Below, in pieces: positions 1 through 11,594 of a stretch of DNA of 64,000 bases. Within the stretch, counting starts at the first letter, position 1, and each line of letters starts with the position of its first letter. Source of the DNA: Monocercomonoides exilis PA203 (taxonomy: Eukaryota > Protista > Preaxostyla); the NCBI GenBank assembly GCA_001643675.2, contig LSRY02000039.1, positions 310,001 through 374,000 of the forward strand, written 5' to 3'. The notes beneath the pieces are model-generated. The model was not told the origin of the DNA. It saw nothing but the letters and a program-made list of their open reading frames with translations, and did no database searches. The position numbers and the translations under genes are program-made.

Positions 1-837
1 GGAACCAGCGGGAGTTGCGCCGGATTTCACTATAAATACGCCCTTTCCTTTCATCCGCGCTCTCCGGGCTGCTGCCAGAAATCTTGTAGGTTGTTGGATT
101 CCTTCGAGATAGAACGCTGCAATTTTTGTGTGTTCGTCTCTTTCGAAGTATTCCATCATATCTGCTTCGCATACATTTATTGAGTTCCCAAGTGAGATCA
201 TCTTCCCAATCCACGGAATTACTGAACAGATTTTCTCAACATGATTAAACATGCACACTCCAAAGCCTCCGCTTTGTGAAGCAATGGAAACTCCACCAGG
301 AATGGGCCTGTGTGCAGATGAATCCAAAATAAACAAGCAATCGATTGTGTCAAAAGCAGAATAAAAGCCTACACCGTTTGGCCCAATTAATCTAACCCCA
401 CAACTTTCGACAGCTTTTTTTAGTTCATTTTGAATTGCTTTTCCCTCTGCCCCAATATCAGCAAATCCTCCAGCTATGTTAACCATATATTTGCAACTTT
501 TTTTGCTTGACATGTCTTTTACAGCTTGTGGAGAGAATCTTGCAGGAACAACTATCACAGCAAGGTCGACATGTTGTGAAGGAATGTCATCAATTGACTT
601 ATACACTGGTTGATCAAACAAAGTCCCTCCTTTTGGATTTACGAGATACACCGGACCACGTTTGAATGATTTTAAAACCTGTTTTGAAACAGCCCATCCT
701 TTAAAGAGAATTAAAAAATAATTGTAAAGTATCTATAAAGTAAGCATACCAGGAGTTCCGTCTTTGTGAGATGCACCAATGATTGCAATGCTTGTCGCTT
801 CGAAAAAGCCATCAACAGGCAACATATCCTTTTCCAT
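1..837 (-). CDS. ADP-forming acetyl-CoA synthetase (acetate--CoA ligase, AcdA-like), 5' part; runs off the window edge
   Basis: Manual translation from ATG 837 with a 51-nt GT-AG intron (749-699): MEKDMLPVDGFFEATSIAIIGASHKDGTPG/WAVSKQVL...VYLVNPKGG...VYKSIDDIP...VDLAVIVVPA...GGFADIG...RLIGPNGVG...SQSGG...SLGN...YLEG. This matches the CoA-binding and ligase motifs of the NDP-forming acyl-CoA synthetase family. Absent from the ORF track. Confidence 0.9.
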
Positions 838-1173
838 TCTTCAAATGAGGATATGACCCCTTTTCCCGCAGTATAGTATGCGAATTAATGAACATTTTTA
901 TGAAAGCATTCGCATAAATAACAATTAAATTGGAAGCTATTCCGGAGAAAATAAATAACAAAAAATATTAGTATCTTGAAATAATTGTGATAATTTATAA
1001 TGGTGAAAATGTTATTAATCACACATATTTTGAAGAATGAAACTATTCTGCAAAAATGCGTTCATAAACTTTAATTAGAGAAGAGAAAATATGTTTAGCC
1101 CATAAATATTTTTTGAGGAAAATATTTTCGCTTTTATTATTCTTGATCGGGAAATATCAATCTTTTTAAGCAA

Positions 1174-2479
1174 ATGGAATCTTCAATAATTATAGATCTT
1201 CCTGGAAAACTTTGGGAAGGGATTGATTTAATTTTTGAAAGAGGAAAGGCAGGGAAGAAGTGTGGATTATCGATTATAAATGTTGAATAAACTTATTTTT
1301 GTAATATTTTAAATTTGAAGGACATACGATGAGATTATTGTTCGTTTAACAAAAAATCACATGTCTACAAAAGCGTTTTATGAAAACATAAAGTCACGAA
1401 AGTTTCAAGATTTATCAGAAGGAGGGTTTGCTTCATTATAATAAATGTGTCTAAGTAATGGTAATACCTTGATTTCTATTATAATATAGTGCAATACAAA
1501 TCGTATGGAAGGGATTGAAAGAGCGAATAGCATCGATTGAAAAAGCATCATTTGATTTTATGCAAAAGATTGAAGGTGTTTTGACAAAAGTAAAGGCAGA
1601 AGCTAAAGTCTATGAAGAATATTTCAAGACCCTTGAGCAAGAGCATCAAAATTCACTGAAGAAGAAGAAGCTTGCACACGAAGAAGCTGCAAGGGTTTGT
1701 TTTATCTTTTGAGAAATTTTTCACAAATGTGTTTCAGAAAAGAGAGAAATACTGTTTTGCATTTGGTGAATGGGATGAAGCCGACGCTGCTTATTCCAAA
1801 GTCAAAGATGACCTGGGATCAAAAGCTGACAAAAAAATTAAGGCATGAATCATCGATATGTTTTTTGTGAATTAATTCTGATATCAATTATCCAAATATG
1901 TAGTTGATGAAGACAATGACAGAGAAACTGAAGGAAAAGATGAACACTGAGATGCTATATGTGGACGCCACAAAGGTTTGCCAGGCAGCAGAAGAAGAAT
2001 ATGAGAGAACGATGTATCGCTTACTGAGAGAGTTTGAAGAATTGGAGGCAAAACGACTGAAAACCACTCAGGAAAGCCTGAAGTTGCTTATGACTTCTTG
2101 GATGGAGGTATGTGAAAGGGGGGAGGAAAAAAGAAAGAGAGAGAGAGAGAGAAAGAGAAAGAGATAAAGAGAGAGATAAAGAGAATTGTTAAAATGTTTA
2201 AAGACAGCTATGCATTAAGCATAGTTAATTTTTTTTCAACTTTTGTTTCAAATAATAATTATAAAATCACTTTATTTATTTCTAATCTTTAAACACTTCC
2301 TCTCCCCTTTCCAGGAGCTGCTTATTCACCAGAAGAATGTTTCTGTGTGTTTAGAGCTGTTGAATGAGCTTGATCCAGTTCGCGAACTTTCCCTCTTTGT
2401 CGCCCGCAACTGCACAAGAATACAGCACCAGCGCTTCTCTGAGCCAAAGTTTTGCAAGAGAGTATGCAAAGTGGCGCAT

Positions 2480-2510
<31 letters not shown>

Positions 2511-5500
2511 CATTCTTTTTGAACTTTATTGTTGTGATTGTTTGAAATTGGCATTCTATATTCGTTGTTATTTATTTATATATTCGTTGTTTATTTTTTT
2601 GTTTATTTTAATTAATGAATCATTAACATCCCACACATTCATTCAATGTGTTGCTATCTTTTCATTCTCTAAACAATAATTATTATTCCTATTCTGATAG
2701 CAACATGGTCCAAACGAGCCTGTGACTCCACCTCCTCCCAAATTCTGGATGCCTCCTCCGCCTTCTGCCCCTTCAGCTTTTCTATCATTATCTTCTTCTT
2801 CTTCCAATCCTCTTACTTCTTCGCCTCCTCTTCTTCCCCATGCCTCCTCTAATTCTTCTCTCCATCAGTCGATTTCCCGCACTTCATCCTGTTCTTCATC
2901 TACATCTCCCACTTCTCCAACCTCTTTTCCTTCTCTTGGGCCTCTCAGCTTGTCAAACGCAGCTGCCCCGCTTTCTTCTTCAAGCAGCATCACTTCAGCA
3001 TCACACCTTTCTATTTCTTCACTTGCTCCATCTGCTGCTATCACTTCATCTGATCCGTTCCTTCCTTCTTCTTCTGCCTCTGCTTCTTCTTCTTCTTCTT
3101 CATCTTCTTCTTCTTCTTCTGTGTTTGCTTCTGCATCTGCCTCATCCCCCTTTTCCGCCCCTTCTTCTGCTGCCTCTTCTCGCTGCTCTTCTCCAACGAT
3201 GCATTCACTCTCGTTGCAGACATCGCTATTCACCTCGCCTTTTGTGACAGATCAGTCCTCTGCTTCCTTTGCGTCTCCGTTTGAGACAATCCAAGGGACA
3301 GCATTGTCAGCTACTGCTGCTGCTTCTTCTTCTGCTTCTGTGCCGAGTGGGGAGAAGAAGAGAAGAGTGAAGAAAATGAGAAGGAAGGTGAAGAAGACGA
3401 AGGTGGTTGCACGCAGCAAAAGAGAGGTGCGAATGAAAAATGTGAAGAGACAGCAAGAAGAGAGGAGGAAGGAGAGGGAGGAGAAAAGGAAAGAGGAAGT
3501 GGAGGAGAGAAAAAAGAGAGAGAAAGAGGAAGATGCAGAGCTGAGCACTCGGGTGTGGTACTTGGCTGTGTATGAGTATCGTGCTGAAGAGGATGAGGAG
3601 CTGAGTGTGAGTGTGGGGGATATTGTGTATGGAAGATTGAGGAAGAAGAAAGAGAAGAAGGAGAAAGAAGGAGGAGGAGGAGGAGGGGAAGGGGAAGAAG
3701 AGGAAGATGATGATGATGATGATGATGAAGGGTGGGTGAAAGTGACGAATGGTGTTGGTGAGTCGGGGATTGTGCCAATGAACTATGTGAACGAATTGGA
3801 AGGAGGAGCAGCCTTTGAAGAAGTGAGAAGAGAGATCGAGAGAAGAAAGATGAAAAGGGAAAGGGAAAGGTTGGAATATGAGAAGAGAGTGAAAGAAGAG
3901 GATGAAGAGGAGGCGAGAAAGGAAAAAGAAGAAGAGGCGCCTAAGGAAGGTGAAGATGACATCACAGAAGTAGAAACAGAAGTAGAGACAGAGGTGGAAG
4001 AAGAGATTGAGTGTGATGAAGGAGAAGGAGGAGAAAGAGGAGGAGGAGAAAGAGAAAGAGAAGGGGCAGACAGTGTGGAGTTTGGGCACGTGAAGAGCGG
4101 AGCAGAGCAAAGTTCGAGGAATCCATCGAGGACATCAAGTGTTTGCTCGCGAAAGAGCAGAGAAGAGGAGAATAAGAAGGGGATAGTGAGAAGATGGAGC
4201 AGCGTAGGGGAACGAGGCAAAGAGGATGTGAGAATGAAAGGGAAAATGGAGATTGGATATGAAAGTGAGGAGGAAGGAGACGAAGGAGACGAAGAAGATG
4301 GGAGGAAAGGAGGGAAAGGAGGGAAAGGAGCAGATGATGGGGATAGTTCCATATCAGACGAGGCACTTCTGATGGATGTTGAGGATGCACTGGGATACGA
4401 CGAGAAAGAAGAGGAAGAGAAGATGGAGAAAGAGAGGAAGGCGAGAATGGAGGAGAAGCATAAAAGAAAGGATAAAGAAGGAAATGCAGCTGCGCTGATG
4501 TCGATGATTGCAGGGGAGCACTCGAACGAGAAGAAGAAGGAAGAAATTGAAGGGAATGCGAATATGAAGGAAAGTAGCGAAAACAATGAACATGAGTATG
4601 ATGATATTGAAAATAATCTGAATCTGACAGAAGAAGAGAAGAAAAATGAAAAACAGAAGAGGATGCTGTTGAAGATTGGAATAGCGAACAATGTTGTTGA
4701 TGGAAGCAAAGAAGAAAAGAATGCAGAAGAAGAAGAAGAAGGAAAAGGATTGAATATTAAGAAAGATAACAAGGAAGAAACGAAGAGTGGAGAAGAAGGA
4801 ATGAAAGAAATAGAGAAAGAAGAGAAAGAAGAAAAGCAGAAGGAGAATGATAAAAGTGTAGAGATAAACAAAGTAAAATTGGATGAGAAAGAGAAAGAAG
4901 AAAATGGAAATGGAAAAGGAAATGACACTAAAAAAGAAACTCATAGCGATTCAGATGGAAAAGAAAAGGAAAAGGAAAAGGAAAAAATTGAAGAAACATC
5001 ATTGAGAAAGGAAGAAGCGCAAGCGACTAAAGAAAATGTTGATGACAAAACAGAAGATGAATTGAAGGAGGTTAAAAATGCTTCATCTTGTAAAGAAGAA
5101 GCATCCAGTGAAAAAGAGGCAGAAAAAGAGAAAGAGATTGCAAGTGGCAAAGCATCAGAGGAGAATCAGAAGGATTCTCCTGATAAAGAAGAAGTCAAAG
5201 ATGAAAGGAAAGAAGAAGTCAAAGAAGAGGAAGACGAGGAAGAGGAAGAGGAAACTTTTCCTGCAATTGTATGTTAACATATCTTTATAAATATTCTTTT
5301 TAAATTTCTTTCCTGAATTTTTTCACAAACCAAAATGTCACTTATCTTGCTATTTATATTTCTTTGGCTTATTTTATTTATTTATAATATTTTTTTTGTT
5401 CATTTATTCATTTATTTCATTCTGTTTGCAGATTTTGTACAACTTCAAGGCAACTGGAGAAAATGCCATATCTGTACAAGCAAACGAGGAGGTGCAAATG

Positions 5501-5590
5501 ATTGACGAAGAAGCAAATGGCTGGATTTATGTGATTAAATCAGATGGGACTGAAGGTTATGTTCCAAAGTCGTTTGTAAAGAAGAAGTAG
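1174..5590 (+). CDS. F-BAR (FCH)-like coiled-coil plus two SH3 domains (FCHSD/Bzz1-like architecture), multi-exon, with Ser- and Glu/Lys-rich linkers
   Basis: ATG 1174 (KLWEGIDLIFERGKAGKK, FCH-like) followed by helical exons to ~2461. SH3-1 is YLAVYEYRAEEDEELSVSVGDIV...EGWVKV...GIVPMNYV (~3559-3790). SH3-2 is ILYNFKATGENAISVQANEEV...GWIYV...GYVPKSFV, stop TAG 5590. The F-BAR call is less certain than the SH3 calls. Confidence 0.75.
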
Positions 5591-6338
5591 AGAATCTGAA
5601 AAAAAAGATAAGGAAACAAAGAATATTTATAATTTATTTATCGAAACTTTGCGTTCTTTTCTATTATTTTTTGACACATTTATTTTTTTTTTTTTTTTTG
5701 ATTATTCTTCTTTTTATCTTCAAAAATAATGAGATGATTGCATTGTAATAGTAATTATGTATTAATTTCACACGATTCACATCATCGTTTAGACTTTTTA
5801 GATGTTTTTGTTTGTGCTATTTTAAAAGCCACCAAACATTTTTATTTTTTAATTTTTTTAGGTTTAGTTACTATTTTTTGTACTTTGTTTTTGTATTTGT
5901 TTCACATTTGAATTAGATATTAATTGACTTTGTTAAAACATTATTTTTCATTAATATCTTCCAACTTGATGTTTTCAATTAATAACTTCACTTGGTGATT
6001 CATGTTTGTCTTATTTCTTCTTCTCTTTTATAGTTGATAATATGAGCGTAATTCTTGTTCTAGTTTAATTATATTTTCATCTTAATATACTTCCATTTAT
6101 CTTCTTTATTGATAAAAGATTAAAAGACTGATTATCAGTTTTATGATTAAGATCGTTTTTTTTTAAATGAAATACATAAAAAAATTATTGTATAATCAAC
6201 CAGATAAAAAAAGAAAAGAGAAACAACAAATTTTGCCATGAATATCAATCATCTCATTTTTTCATTGATGATTATTCAACAATCAGATTTTTTTTTTTCA
6301 TTTGTTTATTTATTTTTTCATTTTTTGCTATTTTATTC

Positions 6339-6492
<154 letters not shown>

Positions 6493-7991
6493 TGTTAAAT
6501 ACACTTCAGAAAATTCTTCAATAACAATTACTGTTGATGAATTAATAATTCGTCTTCAACTGATAAAAAATATATAACAAAAAGTGAAATTTTAAGAGAA
6601 TTGTTTTTTATCATTCACATGGATTTTTCAACAAAAAAATATGGGGTTAAATATGGACTTTCAAGCTTTTTATGCACAAAGCTTGAAAAAATTGTTTCAC
6701 TTATAACATTTTTGAACTTTATCAGGTTTCAAAAAATTTTTGATTTTCATATCTGAAAACAAACTACATTGAAATAATTTCAAAATGTTTTCCAACATTT
6801 CGCTATTTTCAAAAAATGGACACATTTTTATTGTGGTTTTTGTTCTCAAAAAGTCAATGAAAAGTGCATAATTTTTCAATGAAAATGCCTGGGCATATGG
6901 AGAAGATCATGGTATTCCATGATCCATGCCCTCAATTATAAAAAGATTTTGATATTTCTTATTGTGTTTATTGGGTTTTAGGGTTTTGACGAATTAAACA
7001 AGTTCGCATTGGATATTGTGATAATTTAGGGTTTTTCCGAGGAATATTAGGGTTAGGGTTAACCCTAAAAGAGATTTTTAAAATGAAAATTATAAAAATG
7101 GTGGGTAGGATCTCATTGGTACCAGGATCTACTCCACTTGCCAATGCCTGAAGTGAAATATGCTGCCCTAAATGGTTTCAATAAAATATTGTCAACATGT
7201 TATAACATGCATTAATATGGGTAATTATTTTTGTAATCATAACTTTTTTCGAAGTGTTAATTTTTCGAAGGTTGTTTGTCACAGGGAAGAGATTTTTTAT
7301 TAAAATGCAAAAAATTGTCAAAACTATTTCGAAGATAAATATTTAATATGAATTAAAAACGAAGATATCTTTTATAATCCTTTTATCTTTTCAGTATTAT
7401 TTTAATGAAATACAAGGGAAATTTATGAACCGAAATATTTGAATGAAAAAATATGATTTCAAAAATAATCTCACATGTTTTATTTGAAAAATCAATAGCA
7501 AAAACTTTTGAATATATCTTTATTCCAATGTACTTGAAATAATAACATTTGCCACTTTTCAAAAAGAATGATACACATATCAACATGCCAAAAAAACTAT
7601 GATTTCAAAAAATTACATCCACACTTGTATTTGATTTATTTTTTTCAAATATATTTCTTAATTATATAAATTTGACTGAAAAAGTTTTTTGATATTGAAT
7701 TGTTTTTGATGTTACAACTTCAAAAAGAATTACACTCGTTACCAATATATTTTGATTTGAAAATTATGAAAGTTGGAGAGTCTATTGTCAAAATTGAGCA
7801 TTCCATGAATAGTTTTATTTAACCTAAAAATTAACCATTAACATATTTTTTTGAAGAAAAATCCATGTGAATGATAAAAAATAATTCTCTTAAAATTTGA
7901 CTTTATGTTGAATATTTTTTATAACCCTGGGTGACGTGAAGAAAAAAATTCGCAACGTCCGTCACCTATTTTCCACTTCAATAAAATAAAA

Positions 7992-8055
<64 letters not shown>

Positions 8056-8465
8056 AATATAAGAAAATATGAATTATTATTACATTTATTTGATTAACAT
8101 TAATCGATAATTTAATTTTCTTTCTTTCTTTCTTTCTTATTTTTGCATCTTTGGATCAATAATTCCCGTTATTTTATTATTAGAATATAAATCAAAGTGA
8201 GCTGTTGTGTTTTGTGATACAATCTGCAGATGCATAAGAGGATGGAATGTGTGTCAATTTTGTAAATGCTGTTTCTAAAGATTTCAATTCGTCAGTTTCT
8301 TTTTTGTGTTCGTCAACTTTGTTCGAACAAAATTTGAGACAAAATGCTCTGTAGCTTCTATACTAATCATATAAAAATTGCAAAGTGTGTAACTGAACAA
8401 TATGCAAGTGTCTGATCATTGTTGCATTTTAAGTCTTGATTATTGCAATTTTTATTTTTGATTAT

Positions 8466-9745
8466 TTTTTTGAGCTTTCATTTAGCATCGAGGAAGAACA
8501 TTGACAAAAAATCCATGAAGCGAATGAAACAAAGAATGGAATGAATAACGATAAATCAATATCTGTTTTCACAAAAAAGCAATTCGACGGAATACACATT
8601 ATAATTGAAGAATTAAAATACCAGTTGAAATTCTTATTCTACAGAAATTTTTTGGATATTACAATGTTTCTTAAGATTTGCGGATTTTATTTTTTGAAAG
8701 GATTTTTATTGAACAAAATATCTAAAAGCATGACGATTTATTTTGTAAAAATAAAAAAAGAAAAAAGTTAGAAAGGAAGAAAGTTATTGAATGACATTTT
8801 TGAATTTAATATTTAACCTGACAAAAGGATTTCTTCAGAATTGTTATATGTCTGTGTTCCTTGTCTGCTGAATGCTGCTTCAAGCAATGAGGTAAGCGAA
8901 GAAACACAATAAGAAATGAATGATGTTTTCCTGGTTACGAGCGATATAGGTGAATATGCATGTGTAAGCATTTCTTCTTCTATTTTGACATTTTTGGAAA
9001 TTTTAGAAATTTTTCATTGGTTTTTTGTACAAAAACTGCATCTGAATGAAATCAAAGAGATTATGAAATGTCATCAAGAATACAGAAATCTGACTCATCT
9101 TGCTTCTCAATCAACTTGGCAGTTTTTGATAAACCGTTTCTTCAGCAATGAACGCATCGAAAGAGTTGTTGCGAATGAGCTGCATTTTGGAAGAATGGCA
9201 ATTAGATAACTGAAAGAGCAGAGAGAATGTGATGATACGAAAAGAGAGAAAGAAAAAGTAGATGGAGAATTAGAAACAAAAGGAGAGCTTTTTTATTGAT
9301 ATGGCTCCGAACATTAGAATATTTCATCTGGTCATGCGCACGTTGGGGTCAAGAATATGCAGAGCTTATCAGCTTCATTGTTTGGATGTTAAAATCTGCA
9401 AAGGTGAATAATGAAATGATTATCAACTGTTGTATTTATTTATTGAGAAGCTCAGCAAGGAACAGTGCTGTGAAAATTGATGACTTGTTGAGAAGTGAAG
9501 CCGTTGATGCTGCTTTGGAGAAGAAACAGCAGCCAACGTTGAAAAAAGGTTTGGAATTTGATAGCTTGAATTTTTCATTGCGATTTCTAGGAGATTGAAA
9601 AAAGAAGAGAATTATAAAATTGTAGAAGCGAAAAGATAAGAGTTGTAAAGGAAATATTGAAATGAAGAAAAAAGGGTTGAGAATATCTTTATATGTTTTT
9701 AAAAATATGAACAGTTTTCTTTATTCAATTTTGTGGTTCACATGC
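8466..9745 (+). pseudogene. Decayed copy of a helical hypothetical-protein family (resembles the highly expanded Monocercomonoides family), located inside the hAT
   Basis: Fragments SVFTKKQFDGIHIIIEE, ELLYVCVPCLLNAAS, KLHLNEIKEIMKCHQEYRNLTHLASQSTWQFLINRF...VVANELHFGR and SAVKIDDLLRSEAVDAALE, broken by stops and frameshifts. The family match is from memory and needs BLAST confirmation. Confidence 0.65.
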
Positions 9746-11594
9746 ATGGTGTATTAATTATTATTCTCAATATAATGATAAAAATAAATATTCATGTTTT
9801 GTTCATAAAGAATCAATGTTCAATTTTTCTTTTCTTGTCATTTCTTAAAATCGAAAATGAATAGTCTTTTTTTGTTTTTTCAAAACACTTCTATTATTTC
9901 TATTTGAAATGAAACGAAATAAAAACTTTTGAACTTTGAAAATTAACTAAAAAATATTCAAGGATTTGACAAAAAATGGAAAAATAAAAGAAAATACTTG
10001 TGATTTTGACAATTCCTCATTTCTTTTACAGAAATCTTTTTCAAACAATTAACAAACAAAATAACTGCAAAGAAAAATTCAAATGCATCACTGTTTAACA
10101 TCTTAACTGAAAAATTACGTCTTTCACAGATGCTGGACTTCTTTTCCCATTTGGAAATCTGTTTGGATTTTTTCATTGAATAAACTTCAACAAACCTCAT
10201 CCAGAAAATGAAGAATCAACAAATTGAGAAATGGAAAAAATAATGAGTTCGGATGATTCACATCGAACCGAAAACCTGTATCAATCTTTATTGATCTCAA
10301 CAACAAAAACTGCAATTTAGTGTATGTGCAACCAGTTCACCTGAAATGTCTCTTTTTCTATTGAAAATGATGCAAACGTCGCTAAAGCTCAACTTTAACA
10401 ATTTGTTCAGACTTCATTGTCTCCAAATTTATTTGTTCGAAAATTTTCATAATGTTTTCATATCGAATTGAATGGTACATCGTTGTCTTTTTTTGGGCGA
10501 TCGCAAATAGTTGTTAACAAAGCAACATTTCCCGTTTTTCTAGAGACATTTATCTTGAATCCACATCAAAATAATCAACTGCACCAAATGCACACTCTCA
10601 AGCGGAAGTTTGTTCTTCCGCTTCAATATGTTCATTTGGACTTTCATTTGTTCGTCTCGTTTATTTCATGCAGCTAATCTTATACTCTTTTCATAATTCC
10701 TTCTTCACTCTCTTCCGAATCAACTTCAGAAGAGATGAAAGAAATCCCGAAAAGGTTAATTTCACATTTTTTTGAACAATGAATTAATGTTTGAAGTTGA
10801 GAACACCTTATATTTTGATTAAGAAAGTGTATTTATTATCATTTCATCTGTTCTAAAAGAAGCATTAGAAGCAGTTGGGGCTTTTGGAAGTGCAACGAAT
10901 TGAAACAGAAATTTCTTTGCTTTGCTCTTCTTTCCTTTTGAGTGGCAAAATAGTGAAATAAATTATCCGTAAAGAAGGCTTCCAAGACTTCAGAAAAGAT
11001 AAGGAAAATACCCTTTGGAGGAAATGAAAATTTGTTTAGGAAGAGGAAGAAGATCTTGAATAAATCAACGTATGCATCACACTTCTAATAACATTTGATG
11101 ATGTAAATGAATTTGATAATTTATTATTCAGTTGTCTTATATCCACGGTTTTTATTTATATGCACTATTCCCGAATTTCATTCGGCTCACATTCCAAAAA
11201 ATAAATATTGTAATATTTCCACTCATCCTTTTTAACGAATGAATCAAACTTTTTTTTATAAGTTCAGAACAATAAATGCGAAAATTTCAAACACTAATTT
11301 GCTTTTTGGTTTTCTCTTGAAACTGTTTTTTCTGAAAGCACCACAAATTTGTTTGTTTCTATGTGAAGTTATTTCCTATTTGAAAACATTTTCTCATTCA
11401 ACCCCGTAAATAGCAAATTGTTCCCATTTCCTTTCATTTTAATTTTTTTTTTTTGTTTTTTGTCTTGAACGAAGATGAATTGAAAAAAAATATATATAAA
11501 TTAAAGTTTTCTAATTCGTTTTACGAAAAGGTTTTGTCGAAAGAAAGTTTTTTAAAAGGAAATGAAGCTATAACGAAATGATAACAGAAACGTT

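Noticed and set aside
2865-4300. Apparent antisense/sense peptide echoes in the F-BAR gene (e.g. GAAAFDKLR vs GAAFEEVR; EIERCD vs EIECD)
   Set aside because: Short, gapped and not consistently colinear; can be explained by composition alone.
2840-5150. Many long overlapping or antisense ORFs, here and across 25.5-29 kb, 41.7-51 kb and 52.7-63 kb
   Set aside because: Shadow ORFs of stop-poor TCT/GAA/CAG low-complexity sequence with no domain motifs.
7995-8053. Poly-A tract as a retroelement tail
   Set aside because: It lies ~70 bp inside the hAT left end and mirrors a T-rich tract at the right end; no RT, body or separate TSD is visible.
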